Source: Chloroflexota bacterium (lineage in GTDB: Bacteria > Chloroflexota > Anaerolineae > UBA2200 > JACIWT01). Taken from it: a stretch of DNA of 64,000 nt. Shown here piece by piece: positions 9,605 through 20,240 of the stretch. A program made the translations under genes and the position numbers. Below the pieces are notes generated by a model that was not told where the DNA came from, searched no databases, and worked only from the letters and a program-made list of their open reading frames with translations. The stretch covers positions 16,248 to 80,247 of the forward strand of contig JACIWT010000005.1 in the NCBI GenBank assembly GCA_014360825.1, in the 5' to 3' direction. Numbering within the stretch: the stretch's first letter is position 1; each line of letters starts with the position of its first letter.

Positions 9605-11326
9605 CTACCGGATCTGCACCCAGGGCTGCATCATCTGCGCCAGCCAGTTGCAGTATGGCACCGAGCGAAGGATTTCGTTCCCGCCTACTACCAGGCCATC
9701 GAGCATCTGTTCGAGCTGTAGCCTCAAGCGTGCCCCCGCAGGTGCACGCAGATGGATCACGAGGGTGGCCCGCTCGTTGGGCAACATAGGTACGCCCACG
9801 ATGCTGGCGGGCAGGGCTATGACTCGCAACGTCCCATCGGCCTGCAATTCCATGTTCTCCAGGCTCGTCCACCGCCCAGCCAACTCCCCTGGCTCGATAA
9901 TGACTGCTACGCTGTCGAGGACCTCACCGATGAAGTTCAGGTTCATAGCGCGTTCCACGCCCCCGTTCACCACGGAGAGAGAGAATGCCTCTTCGTAGAA
10001 GCCGGTCGCCACCTGACCGCATTCGATGGGTATCTCGCCGGCCACGACGATGACGTTGTGGATGGCTGCGTTGTTGGAACATGGCACCAGGCGCTGGCCA
10101 TAACCTCCAGGCAGCGGGTCATATTCTGCATCTATCAGGCCCATGATGCAGAAGTGCCCTGTCACCTGCGGCACATCCCACGGGATCACTACAATCCGCG
10201 TTTCTCCGACGCGGAAGAGAGGGATGATCTGCTCGCCGACGTAGGTCGTGTCCTCCGGGTAGCGTAGGCCCATCGCCGCCAATGCCATCTCCGCCCAGAC
10301 GCGCACGTTAGTAGCGTCGTGGGGCCCAAGATTGCGCACTCGCAAGTAGATGTAATTCCGCTGCCCTGGCTGTGGATACTGGTATTCCGTCCCATTGTCC
10401 TGGATGCGGCGCACCCACACATCCGGGCTCGACCACCAGGGTTCAGGTTGACATACACTGCCGTCATCGTCTTCCCGGTCTCGGATCATGAGGTCGTATC
10501 CTGGCGGCAGAGGTGGTGAGTAGTCCTTGTGAATAATGGGCAGGAACACGAAGAAAGGACCTGGCGTACGGGTGACGGAGGGCGTTACGCTGGGGGTCGG
10601 TGTGAGAAGCGCTGTCTCCGTGGGTGTGGGCGAATGGCTTGGCGACGGAGTAGCAGTTGGCGTCAGCGTTTCACTGAGCGTGGGCGTTGGTGTTGCGGTC
10701 TCGGTTGGTGTTGGAGTGTCCGTCGGCACTGGGGTCCATGCGATACATTCTTCTGGCCAGTTGTACCCAGAGAACCACAGACCGCCCGGCAACTCGACAT
10801 AATCCCATCCGGCACCATAGCGGTCTATGGCCCACAGATCTATCTGCAGGCTCCCGCATTCCCACCAGTTGATGTCGGTCCAATCGGTAAGGCGGCGCAG
10901 GTCAAAGACGAGTTCGACGGCGAACTGCCCAGGTCCCAAGTACAGGGAAGGTCGCGCTTCCCAGGCCCACTGTTCTGTGCTGCGGTAATTGGTGCGGATG
11001 CTGAGACATGGCGGATCGTTATCGAGATCACCGTAGCCGTAAGGGGAGACGGCAGACTGGACAACGAGGGGGATGTTGACGGGGCCGGTGTCGGACGACC
11101 GCTCGCCGCGGAAGGTGAGGAACCAGGGCTCCGTATTGGAGAACTGGACGCTGATGCGTACGCCCCGAATTGTGGGCGGGGGTAACTGACCCTCATACCA
11201 GCGCCCTGTCTCCACCCAGTAACAACCTGGCGGCGGTGGCTCAGCGATCGCGACCTGAGGCCCCAGGAGGGCCATCCAAAAAGCCGTCAGGACCACGCCG
11301 ATTATGCGCGATCCTCGCATTCCCAT
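9605..11326 (-). CDS. Secreted protein with PT-rich linker and CARDB/Ig-like C-terminal domain
   Basis: Signal peptide; (PT)n linker; FLPII motif; [31 protein letters not shown]. Confidence 0.7.
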   Translation of the reverse strand: MGMRGSRIIGVVLTAFWMALLGPQVAIAEPPPPGCYWVETGRWYEGQLPPPTIRGVRISVQFSNTEPWFLTFRGERSSDTGPVNIPLVVQSAVSPYGYGDLDNDPPCLSIRTNYRSTEQWAWEARPSLYLGPGQFAVELVFDLRRLTDWTDINWWECGSLQIDLWAIDRYGAGWDYVELPGGLWFSGYNWPEECIAWTPVPTDTPTPTETATPTPTLSETLTPTATPSPSHSPTPTETALLTPTPSVTPSVTRTPGPFFVFLPIIHKDYSPPLPPGYDLMIRDREDDDGSVCQPEPWWSSPDVWVRRIQDNGTEYQYPQPGQRNYIYLRVRNLGPHDATNVRVWAEMALAAMGLRYPEDTTYVGEQIIPLFRVGETRIVVIPWDVPQVTGHFCIMGLIDAEYDPLPGGYGQRLVPCSNNAAIHNVIVVAGEIPIECGQVATGFYEEAFSLSVVNGGVERAMNLNFIGEVLDSVAVIIEPGELAGRWTSLENMELQADGTLRVIALPASIVGVPMLPNERATLVIHLRAPAGARLRLQLEQMLDGLVVGGNEILRSVPYCNWLAQMMQPWVQIR

Positions 11327-11565
11327 TTGTCCTTCCTCCTCCCTGGGCGCCCAGGTGGTACCTCTCTAATGTGAATACCGTAATCGGGAGCTTCGTAGAT
11401 ATTATACCATATATTCTATCGGATGTCCACTCTCTTTCCGCTCCAGAAAAGGGAAATTTTTGACGGCGACCGAGGGCCAACGTATAATCTGGGTCGCCAG
11501 CAAAATTCTTTGCTCTCAGACCACTTGGCCGGGATAAGCGTTCAAACGCTTACTACGAGGGGAGA

Positions 11566-12090
11566 ATGAATATGGAAATTCAGGTCCTGGTGGCCTACGC
11601 GACCAAGTATGGTGCCACGGCGGAGATTGCCGAGAAGATCGGTCAGGTGCTTCGTCAAGCGGGTTTTCACACCGATGTGTTGTCTGCAGATCGCGTCGGC
11701 GACCTGGCCGCCTACCGGGCAGTTGTGCTGGGAAGTGCAGTGTACATGGGCCAATGGCGCAAGGAAGCGGCTAACTTTCTGGAAAACAATGAGAAGATGC
11801 TATCCGAGCGGCCGGTGTGGCTTTTTTCCAGTGGGCCCACCGGCAAGGGAGACCCGGTACAGTTGGTGAAGGGCTGGCGTTTCCCTGAGGCGCTGCAACC
11901 CGTTGCTGACCGCATCCGACCCCGCGACGTTGCCCTCTTCCATGGCAGGCTGGATATGAACAAACTCAGTCTGGCTGAGAAACTGATCGTTAAGGGTATC
12001 AAGGCACCGGTGGGCGACTTTCGGGATTGGGATGCCATCATTTCTTGGGCTGCGGGCATCGCGGATGCGCTTAGGGGGGCGTTCTCGTAA
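11566..12090 (+). CDS. Flavodoxin-domain protein (Flavodoxin_5, HemG-like)
   Basis: VAYATKYGATAEIA, GSAVYMGQW, WLFSSGP, GDFRDWDAI. Confidence 0.88.
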   Translation: MNMEIQVLVAYATKYGATAEIAEKIGQVLRQAGFHTDVLSADRVGDLAAYRAVVLGSAVYMGQWRKEAANFLENNEKMLSERPVWLFSSGPTGKGDPVQLVKGWRFPEALQPVADRIRPRDVALFHGRLDMNKLSLAEKLIVKGIKAPVGDFRDWDAIISWAAGIADALRGAFS

Positions 12091-12118
12091 CCCTTGGCGA
12101 TGCGAAAGCACGCAGAAC

Positions 12119-15100
12119 CTATATTTCTTCCCACACCATTGCCAGTGCCTCGCGGCGGAAACCGAGTGATTCGAGGAGGGTTGCGGCACTACTATCCAGC
12201 ACTGGCTGACCATCCCACATCGTCAGAGTAATGCGTCGTGGCCGTGAGGCCAGGCCGCCGGGTGCGGTCAGATGTTCGATGCACAGTCTCATCGCCCGAC
12301 CTATCACCGCCTCTTCGATGCCCGGCATTGTAGTCACTCTCTCTGCATTCTCTAGCAGCAGGATAGGCTGGCCGCGCCGCAACACGAGGTAGGTGGAAGG
12401 CAGGCGGGCGAAGCGCATCGGGTTGCGCTCCGGTGGCAGGGCAGCACCTGTCTCTGCCAGCGCCGGGCCGAACGGATTCGCTGGATCGGTCGCGTTCAGT
12501 AACACTAACTCTTCTGACCCTCCAGCCTCCGGCGCGTTCCACTGCCGTAGTCGCTCTACTGCCTCGGGCAAAGCGAATTGCACCCCTGGCAACCCGCGCA
12601 CGAAATAGCCTCGTCGCACCTCCCCGCGCATCTCCATGAGCAAGAATTGCGGGTACAGCGCTGTCCAATCCCATGAGCCCTCTTCGTTCGCCAGGCTCTC
12701 GCGGGTAACGATGCCATAGCGGGCCAATAATTGCCTGGCCTGGCGCCACACCCGCTCTTCGGGCGACGCGTCTTTCCCCCACACGCCGAGGCGATGCACC
12801 AGCGACCAACGGCCGCTCCAGCGGGGTACCACTTGGGTGCGCCGGGCAGCGGCGCGCTTAGCAGCGTAGTAGCGTTCTCGCGTCAGTGGGCGGGGCTCGC
12901 GACGGGCGCGCCACTCGGCCAGTTCTTCTTCCAACGAACTCAGCGGGCGACGCTCACCCGCCTCCCCAGCGGAGCCGTGAGCCAAAACCTCGCGCATGGC
13001 CGTCAGCGTGTCGTTGGTGACGATGCCAGCCATCACCAGTTCCACCAACGCCTTGCTCAGGGTCTCGGCTTTCAGCCCGAGGCCCGCCTGCAAATCGGTG
13101 GTGAAGCACGCTCCCTCCGCCTTGAGGAAATCCCAGACGGCGCGGGCGTGATCACTCAGTTCGGCAATGGCCTCGGGGTCTGGTTCCGGCTGCAGGAAAT
13201 AGGCCCCCTCGCCGCGGAAAAGGAAGCGAATGCGACTCCGGCGGGGGTCCTTGCCGCCCGAACCCACCCACACTACCTCTCCGCGTTGGCAGAGTTCTTC
13301 TAAATCGGCGGGATTGAAGTCCCATAAACGGTAGCGCAGTAGGTCCCGTTCCCACACCAGGCCGGGAGCAGGTGCGCCGCGGAGTTGTTGCAATATGCTG
13401 GTGAGGCCCCCCATCCCAGACAAGCGTTCTGCGGGGTGACATTTCTGCCAGCGAGTTAAGAAATCGGCGTAGGCGAAGAGGGAAACCGGCTGGATCTCTT
13501 TTCGCAGTAAGGTCAGCGTCTGGCGATGAATGCGCTCCAGGTTGCGCCGGTCGCACCATTGGACCTCCGTCGCTCCTGGCGTCAATCGCCCGGAGACCAC
13601 ATCGCCCGCCTCCACCATCGCTTTCAAGGCTTCATCCAGCCATTCGCCGGGGAAGCCGTAGCGCCCCTGGATCTCAGCGCGGGTCAGTGGGCCGTGGTTC
13701 TGGAGATAACGGCGCAGAATAGTCCAACAGGCCTCTTCGAGCGGGTGCTGCGGCCGGAGCAAATCAGCGGGCAGGGGGACGGGTGGGATCGGCGGTAGCC
13801 CGAAGGCGTCGCGATAGAGGGCGTAGCGCTCCGATGCAATCCATCGCCGACAAGGGCCATCGGGGGTGGCTATTTCCACTTGGAGAGCGCGATGGCTGTC
13901 GGCGAGCCCCTCGAGCCAGGTTCGGGCATCCTCGGAGCAGCGGGCTGCGATTTCCTCCGTCGTCAGGTCGCCTGCTTCGTAGAGAAGGATCGCCAGTTCA
14001 TCGGGTGTGCGGGCGCGATAACCTTCCTCGATGCGCTGGAGTTGGCGGTCCACAATCTGGACGGCCTCTGGTTTGAGCAAATCGGGCAAGGCTGCCTCAT
14101 CGAGCAGTTGCGCCAACATCTCGCGGCTGAGGGATAGGGTTGCCATCTGCCGCTCCGCCTTGGGCATATCCCACTCATACATATAAACAGCTGTGAAGTC
14201 GAAGAGCAGCCCTTGGGCCACGGGCGATGGCACTATGGTCTCGGCGGTTACCACCCGGATATCGCCCGACTGGATTTTGCCCAGCACCTCCTCCAGATGT
14301 GCCAGATCAAGCACATCGCGCAGGACATCGCGATAGGTTTCGGCGATGATGGGAAAGTCCGGGAAGCCCTTGGTCACGGCGAGCAGGTCCTTCGCCCGCA
14401 GCCGTTGCAGCCAGAAAGGTGTGCGTTTGCGTCTGCCCCCAGCGGTGGGGAGGAGCAAGGCCCGGGCGGCATTCATGCGAAATTGCGCCCCGAACAACGC
14501 TGAGTTGGGCAACTCGGCCAACAAACGTTCGCGGACCTCCTTGGGCCCCATCTCGCGCACCAGATTGACGGGTGGTTCGCCGTCAGCGTCCAGGAAACGG
14601 AATAGGATACCATCGTCGTTGACTTGTACTTCCACATCGCGACCAGTGCGCTCGCGCAGGGCGTGGGCCAGGGACAGCGCCCAAGGGCTGTTCACTCGTG
14701 CCCCGAAGCAGGAGTGGATGACCATGCGCAAATCGCCCAGGGCATCGGTGAAGGTCTCCACAATGATGGTCTGATCCGATGAGATTGCGCCCAGCACATC
14801 CAATTGGTGTTTTACATAACGTAGGAGAGTGTAGCCCGAGTTCTCGTCGAGTTTGTACTGTTGTTGGAGAAAGTCCAGGATGGCTTGGGCTTCCTCTGGC
14901 CAGGGGGCTTCGGGGTCATCGGGCAAAGGCGGCAGGTCGCGCACTCGCTCGGCCAGTTCTCGCCGGAAACGACCCACGAGCATCCCCAGATGATAGTCGC
15001 GGCGGGGGAGATCGCCCCTCCAGAAGGGCATGCGGGGCATAGCGCCGGTCGCGTCGGCCACAATCACCCGATCCTGCGTGATCTCGATCACCCGCCAGGT

Positions 15101-16837
15101 GTTCGCTCCCAGGGTGAATACATCGCCCGGGCGAGTTTCGTAGACGAATTCTTCGTCCAGTTCGCCGATCTTGGTCTTGCCATCGGGCAGGTAAGCGCCG
15201 AACGCGCCTCGGTCTGGGATGGTGCCGCCGTTGCGGATGGCCAATAGCCGGCTGCCAGGCAGGGCGGCCAGCCGGTTATACACTCGATCCCAAGCGATGC
15301 GGGGTCTCAGTTCGCGGGCCACGGTGCTCGGGTATTTGCCCGAGAGCATATCCAGCACCGAGTGATAGAGGTCTGGGGTGAGTTTCTGGTAGGCGTAAGA
15401 CTGGCGCACGACTTCGTAGAGTTCGTTCGCCTCCCAGTCCTGCACAGAGACAGCAGCCACGATCTGCTGGGCCAGCACATCCAGGCAGTTTTGCGGAGTG
15501 TACGTCGGTTCGACGTCGCCATCCAGTATAGCGCGGGTTACTGCCGCCGCTTCCACCAAATCCTCGCGGTGCGTGGCGAAAATGCGGCCCACGCTGGTCT
15601 GGCCTACCAAGTGCCCAGATCGCCCGATGCGCTGCAAGCCCCGGGCAACTCCCTTGGGCGATTGCAGTTGCACCACCAAATCCACCGAGCCGATGTCTAT
15701 TCCCAGTTCCAGGCTGCTTGTGCCCACCAGTGCAGGCAGCCTGCCTTCCTTCAGCGCGTGTTCCATTTCCAGGCGCGCCGTCTTGGAGATGCTGCCATGA
15801 TGTGCGCGGAATGGCCCGCCCACTGCCCCCGTGCCGAAGAACCCTGCCCCTTTGGGCACACCGCCGGGAGCCAGTGCCTCGGTTGTGCCTGGGGGCAGTT
15901 CCTCTCGTTCCTCGACGGCATACTGCTCATTCAGTCGGTCGGCGGTGCGTTCGGCTTGGCGACGGCTATTGGCGAAGATCAGTGTGGTGCGGTGGCGACG
16001 TATTAGATCCAGCACTCGGGGGATGGCGGCTGCCCACAGCGACCCACCGGGCAGGTCGCGGAAATCGCGGGCCACGGTGATCACCTGCAAGTCGAGTGGT
16101 TTAATCAGCCCGGCGTCCACGATCGTGACGGGGCGCGGCTCCAGCCGCCGTTCACCATCCGCGGATGTAACCCATTCCTGACCGCCTAAGAACCGCGCTA
16201 CCTCTTCCAGCGGTCGTTGCGTGGCCGAGAGGCCGATGCGTTGGATGGGATGGCTCGCCAGGTGGGCCAACAACTCGACGCTCAGAGAAAGGTGCACTCC
16301 GCGCTTGTTGCCGCAAAGGGTGTGGATCTCGTCCACGATGAGGGTGCGCACCTGACGCAGCATCCCCCGCGCTTGGGGGCTGGTGAGGATGAGGTACAGT
16401 GACTCGGGTGTGGTGATGAGGATATGGGGTGGCTGCCGGACCATACGCATCCGCGCCGAGGCTGGCGTGTCGCCGGTGCGTACTGCCACCCGCAGCGGGT
16501 GGAGGGGCGTGCCCATCTCCTTCGCCACTCGGCGGATGCCCGCCAATGGTGCACGCAGGTTGCGCTCGATGTCATTGTTCAGCGCCTTGAGTGGCGAGAC
16601 GTAGAGCAGTTCGACCCCCTCTGGCTCCTCTCCGGCAGCCATCTTCTCGTAGAGAGCATTGATACCCCACAGGAAAGCGGCCAGGGTCTTGCCGGAGCCG
16701 GTGGGCGAGAGGATCAAGGTGTGCTCACCACGCTGGATGGGCGGCCAGCCCAGCGCTTGGGGTGGCGTGGGCTGGCGGAAGGTCTCCGCGAACCATGCCC
16801 GGACAGCGGGCATGAAAGCGCTTAGTGGGTCAGACAT
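12119..16837 (-). CDS. lhr: Lhr-family ATP-dependent helicase, full length with C-terminal winged-helix/glycosylase-like region
   Basis: PTGSGKT, SPLKAL, TTPESL, DEIH, SAT, HHGS, TSSLELGID, QRIGRSGH; C-terminal RRGYFVRGLPGVQFA, ATDPANPFG. Confidence 0.93.
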   Translation of the reverse strand: MSDPLSAFMPAVRAWFAETFRQPTPPQALGWPPIQRGEHTLILSPTGSGKTLAAFLWGINALYEKMAAGEEPEGVELLYVSPLKALNNDIERNLRAPLAGIRRVAKEMGTPLHPLRVAVRTGDTPASARMRMVRQPPHILITTPESLYLILTSPQARGMLRQVRTLIVDEIHTLCGNKRGVHLSLSVELLAHLASHPIQRIGLSATQRPLEEVARFLGGQEWVTSADGERRLEPRPVTIVDAGLIKPLDLQVITVARDFRDLPGGSLWAAAIPRVLDLIRRHRTTLIFANSRRQAERTADRLNEQYAVEEREELPPGTTEALAPGGVPKGAGFFGTGAVGGPFRAHHGSISKTARLEMEHALKEGRLPALVGTSSLELGIDIGSVDLVVQLQSPKGVARGLQRIGRSGHLVGQTSVGRIFATHREDLVEAAAVTRAILDGDVEPTYTPQNCLDVLAQQIVAAVSVQDWEANELYEVVRQSYAYQKLTPDLYHSVLDMLSGKYPSTVARELRPRIAWDRVYNRLAALPGSRLLAIRNGGTIPDRGAFGAYLPDGKTKIGELDEEFVYETRPGDVFTLGANTWRVIEITQDRVIVADATGAMPRMPFWRGDLPRRDYHLGMLVGRFRRELAERVRDLPPLPDDPEAPWPEEAQAILDFLQQQYKLDENSGYTLLRYVKHQLDVLGAISSDQTIIVETFTDALGDLRMVIHSCFGARVNSPWALSLAHALRERTGRDVEVQVNDDGILFRFLDADGEPPVNLVREMGPKEVRERLLAELPNSALFGAQFRMNAARALLLPTAGGRRKRTPFWLQRLRAKDLLAVTKGFPDFPIIAETYRDVLRDVLDLAHLEEVLGKIQSGDIRVVTAETIVPSPVAQGLLFDFTAVYMYEWDMPKAERQMATLSLSREMLAQLLDEAALPDLLKPEAVQIVDRQLQRIEEGYRARTPDELAILLYEAGDLTTEEIAARCSEDARTWLEGLADSHRALQVEIATPDGPCRRWIASERYALYRDAFGLPPIPPVPLPADLLRPQHPLEEACWTILRRYLQNHGPLTRAEIQGRYGFPGEWLDEALKAMVEAGDVVSGRLTPGATEVQWCDRRNLERIHRQTLTLLRKEIQPVSLFAYADFLTRWQKCHPAERLSGMGGLTSILQQLRGAPAPGLVWERDLLRYRLWDFNPADLEELCQRGEVVWVGSGGKDPRRSRIRFLFRGEGAYFLQPEPDPEAIAELSDHARAVWDFLKAEGACFTTDLQAGLGLKAETLSKALVELVMAGIVTNDTLTAMREVLAHGSAGEAGERRPLSSLEEELAEWRARREPRPLTRERYYAAKRAAARRTQVVPRWSGRWSLVHRLGVWGKDASPEERVWRQARQLLARYGIVTRESLANEEGSWDWTALYPQFLLMEMRGEVRRGYFVRGLPGVQFALPEAVERLRQWNAPEAGGSEELVLLNATDPANPFGPALAETGAALPPERNPMRFARLPSTYLVLRRGQPILLLENAERVTTMPGIEEAVIGRAMRLCIEHLTAPGGLASRPRRITLTMWDGQPVLDSSAATLLESLGFRREALAMVWEEI

Positions 16838-16850
16838 TGTCTCCCCTGTT

Positions 16851-16864
16851 AGCACACATGTTCG
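16851..16864 (-). promoter_or_regulatory. Possible LexA box downstream of the lhr -10 element
   Basis: Minus strand CGAACATGTGTGCT, one mismatch to GAAC-N4-GTTC; extended -10 TGCTATAAT at 16870-16878. Confidence 0.4.
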
Positions 16865-16957
16865 GATGCTATTATAGCACACCTTTGCGCAGGCGCAAAA
16901 GGGCACCGTAGCCAAGGCGCTGACGGACTCGGTTTTGAACTCGCGAACGACCGGCTG

Positions 16958-17037
16958 TTATTATTAGTATTAATATGCTGCTGCTGTTGCGGTGTGAACT
17001 TAGATCTGTGCACCAGCAGCAGCAATAATAATCAATA
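16958..17037. repeat. Inverted repeat of triplet tracts flanked by AT-rich runs
   Basis: TTATTATTAGTATTAATA-TGCTGCTGCTG...CAGCAGCAGCA-ATAATAATCAATA in a ~400 bp ORF-free gap. Confidence 0.7.
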
Positions 17038-17316
17038 TTCGGACACCGGCGTCGTCATCCGTGTCGTCACGGATGTCCGCGAACCCCGGTCACTCGTGTC
17101 CGGTCTGTGGAATACCGGTCTGAAAGGTCCCCGACTGGGGCTGTGACTGCGATTCCCTTCCCCATAGGTTGGGAATTGGCCCAATGAGATGAAGAGTCGG
17201 GGTTCACAAAATATCCCTTGCGAGTCCTCGACCGGAGTGCGTCCGGGGTCGCAAATGGTGCCCTTCGGGGCGTGCTCGGGTGAGCCGAGGGCTATATAGT
17301 CCGCCTGATGCGGAGA

Positions 17317-18639
17317 TCAAGGGAGCAGGATGGGTGCGATGTCCTCTGTGCTGTAGACGGCGAAATCCCGTTCCGGGCCCCACAGGTAGAGAGCCGGGCC
17401 GACGATGGCTATCTGGTCTCCGTGGTTAGAGTCGAGGGGCACTTCATCTGCTTTTGTGCCATCACGCGCATCCACTGCCACCAGCATTGCCCCCTCGTCT
17501 GTCTCGGCAATCGTGAAGACAAGGCCATTGGCCACGGCCAGACACGGACGGGAAGTGGGCAGCGGCCATTGCACCTCCCAACGCAGCGTCCCATCGGCTG
17601 CATCAAACGCCTGGAGGCGATCGGTGATGCGCACGAAGACCATCCCATAGGCAACAGCCATACCTGAATTGGCAGGGGATGCCAGCGGCGGATATTTGTA
17701 CGCCTCCTGTGTCCAGATGACCTCGCCTGTCACCTTGTCCAATGCCATCAGACCATTCGCCATCGCCAAGTAAAGCCGCTCTGCATCCTGCGCGGCGAAG
17801 GTGAGCGCCCACTCGGTAGACTCACCGGCGGGCGGGAGGTCGCGCTCCCATTGCAGCATGCCCATCACCGGGTCTACCACCTTGACCTGCGTGCCACCAG
17901 AAGGCTGGCAGTTAAGCAGGTAGATGCGCATCTCGTCTTGTAGGACGTAGAAGGGATACTCGTCCTTGCCGGTGTCCCACATCCAATAGGATCTGCCGGA
18001 GCGTATCTCCAGGCTGGCGGTCAGGTTGCGGTCCAACAATATCATGGTCCCGTGGGCCAATGAGGTGAAGTAACTGCGGTCGTCGAGGCTGGGCAGGAGC
18101 CAGAGTACTGCACCATTCACCGCATCGTACACCCGCAACTGCGAGGTCGTTGTGCCAGGTGCACCGTGAGCATACGTGAAATTGATGGCCAGCATATCCT
18201 TTGAGAGGGCTAAAGATCCGGTTACCGGCCCTAAATTCGGTACTTCCAGATCGAACACGCTTTGTTCCCAGAGGATGTCCCCTGTGTTCTGATCTGCACA
18301 GTACACTTTGCCCTGGTCGGTCAGGAGGTATAACTTCCCGTTTGCGCCGGCGAGGGCTACAACCAGCGCTTTCCCCTCTTCACGCGGCCAAGCCCAGACC
18401 TGGCGCAGCGGGGCGCGGATAAGCGACCCCGGATTCAAGTGGTTCGTCTGTCCCAGGCCGTCGCTGTTGGGCCAGGCATCGGCGTTGGGATCCGGTGGGG
18501 CTATGGTTGGGGCCGGCGTAAGAGTGAGCGTGGGAAGCGGGGTGGGCGTAGATGGCGGGGCCGGGGAGCACCCCCAGGCCAGCGCGGCTATCGCCAGGAG
18601 CGCGAGCAAGGTCACGATGAGTGATGGATACTTGGGCAT
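17317..18639 (-). CDS. PQQ-like beta-propeller lipoprotein (BamB-like repeats)
   Basis: Lipobox AWGC, PT linker, repeated xAxDxxTGxxxW motifs. Confidence 0.85.
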   Translation of the reverse strand: MPKYPSLIVTLLALLAIAALAWGCSPAPPSTPTPLPTLTLTPAPTIAPPDPNADAWPNSDGLGQTNHLNPGSLIRAPLRQVWAWPREEGKALVVALAGANGKLYLLTDQGKVYCADQNTGDILWEQSVFDLEVPNLGPVTGSLALSKDMLAINFTYAHGAPGTTTSQLRVYDAVNGAVLWLLPSLDDRSYFTSLAHGTMILLDRNLTASLEIRSGRSYWMWDTGKDEYPFYVLQDEMRIYLLNCQPSGGTQVKVVDPVMGMLQWERDLPPAGESTEWALTFAAQDAERLYLAMANGLMALDKVTGEVIWTQEAYKYPPLASPANSGMAVAYGMVFVRITDRLQAFDAADGTLRWEVQWPLPTSRPCLAVANGLVFTIAETDEGAMLVAVDARDGTKADEVPLDSNHGDQIAIVGPALYLWGPERDFAVYSTEDIAPILLP

Positions 18640-18844
18640 TGTATGGGTGAAACCTCCAGCGCAAAGTGAGTTTATTTTATCCGCGAGGCGGGTTTTCGGC
18701 AAGCAGGATAGGAGCGAGGATAGATGCAAGTACTCAGTGATTGGGGGGCTGGGGCGGACTGTCGCCTGCCCCAGCCCGAGTCCGACTACGGATAGTTGCG
18801 CAGCACCAGCGGCAGGCGGACTTGGAATGGCATGCTTGGCACAC

Positions 18845-20086
18845 CTACCTCATATCCAAACCAATAGCCCAAGCCGACCCCATGATGGGCGCTGGTCGAG
18901 GCTCCGATGGCCGATAATGCCCCTGTTCCCATCGAGTATACTCGTCGTACATCTCTGGAAGTGTTCTCCATTGTACCTGGCCGGATTGCACGTAAGGCTG
19001 AATACTCTGTAACCATCTCTCCAAGAGCATTATGTCCAAAGGCGAGCCCAGACTCCAGGAGACGTAGTAGATGTTGACCTGATCTGGTTCAGCGTACGAT
19101 AACGCCTCTTCCAACTGCCGGATGAAAGTATCAATATCCTCCTGCGTGAACTCACATTTGGTCACAGAGCGTTGAGGGGAAGAGGCCTCCTCTTGCATAC
19201 AGGCAAGCCCTCCACTGGACGGCAGGAGGGCTAGCCTTCCATTGGGATCGTGGGTCAACCAGTCGCTGCCGCTGTTCATCCGCCAGGGGTGGATGCGGTC
19301 TCTGAGATCAGTTGGGAAGGGTTGGTGACAGGCGGCCGGATTGAGGCAATTGCGGAATTGCGGAGGACGCTTTTCCGGTGGCAGGGACATCACAGCATAG
19401 GCTACCTGGCCGCTGGTGAAGAGATAGCCCGCGTCGGCGGCCGCGGTCACCCAGTCGCAATGGGAGACTATGCCAGAGACGTGCCGCACGGTCACGCCCA
19501 GCGATTCCAGTTGCTCTTTCCGCGCCCGCAGGTCGGCGGCAAAGCGGCTGCAGTCATAATTCCTCTCCCCGCCGATATCGGCATGGACACCAATGCCATG
19601 CCCGCGTTGTTCCATCTCCTTGAGGACGTTATCATTCCAACGCAGACAGCCGTCGGTGAACTCTTTGCTCTCCAGTGTCAGGCGCGCCCCGTAACGTTCA
19701 AAAAGGTCAGCGTATTCCCGCACATGCGTTGCATGGGCATTGAATCGAGCCTGATTCTCACCATCCGGCCAGCCCTCCAGATGCACCATGATTCCCAAGT
19801 ACAGAACTGCTTGACCCTCGGAGGGCGCAGAAACCGTCGCAGTCGGCGCCTGTACCGGCGTGGTAGCCTGTGCGGCACAGTCTGCCGGGCAGTTGCGGGG
19901 ATTCTCCGGCCCATTGCAAACCCCATCCCCACAGCGAGCACGAGGTGAAAATGTTTGCGTCTCTGAAATGGTTGGGAGTGGGGTGGGGGGTGATGTGGTT
20001 GGAGATATGGCCGGTAGCGCACAAGCGGTTATTAGCATAATGAGGATGAAGAGGGGCAATGTGCACTTCCACGGCTTGGCAAACAT
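18845..20086 (-). CDS. Lipoprotein with Cys-rich CGDGVC motif and NodB/polysaccharide-deacetylase-like barrel
   Basis: Lipobox ITAC; CGDGVCNGPENPRNCPADC; MVHLEG, GARLTLES, RGHGIGVHAD. Confidence 0.65.
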   Translation of the reverse strand: MFAKPWKCTLPLFILIMLITACALPAISPTTSPPTPLPTISETQTFSPRARCGDGVCNGPENPRNCPADCAAQATTPVQAPTATVSAPSEGQAVLYLGIMVHLEGWPDGENQARFNAHATHVREYADLFERYGARLTLESKEFTDGCLRWNDNVLKEMEQRGHGIGVHADIGGERNYDCSRFAADLRARKEQLESLGVTVRHVSGIVSHCDWVTAAADAGYLFTSGQVAYAVMSLPPEKRPPQFRNCLNPAACHQPFPTDLRDRIHPWRMNSGSDWLTHDPNGRLALLPSSGGLACMQEEASSPQRSVTKCEFTQEDIDTFIRQLEEALSYAEPDQVNIYYVSWSLGSPLDIMLLERWLQSIQPYVQSGQVQWRTLPEMYDEYTRWEQGHYRPSEPRPAPIMGSAWAIGLDMR

Positions 20087-20145
20087 AGGGTTGGACCTCT
20101 TTGAGACGTTGGGCTGAGACGTCGCTTGTTTGCTTGAGTACTGCC

Positions 20146-20215
<70 letters not shown>

Positions 20216-20240
20216 GGCTCTTTGAGGATGTATCCAAACT

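Noticed and set aside
10560-10740. Repetitive GTGGG/GTTGG tracts (also 8860-9040) as tandem repeat or CRISPR
   Set aside because: They encode Pro/Thr linkers; I saw no constant repeat-spacer pattern or cas genes in the window
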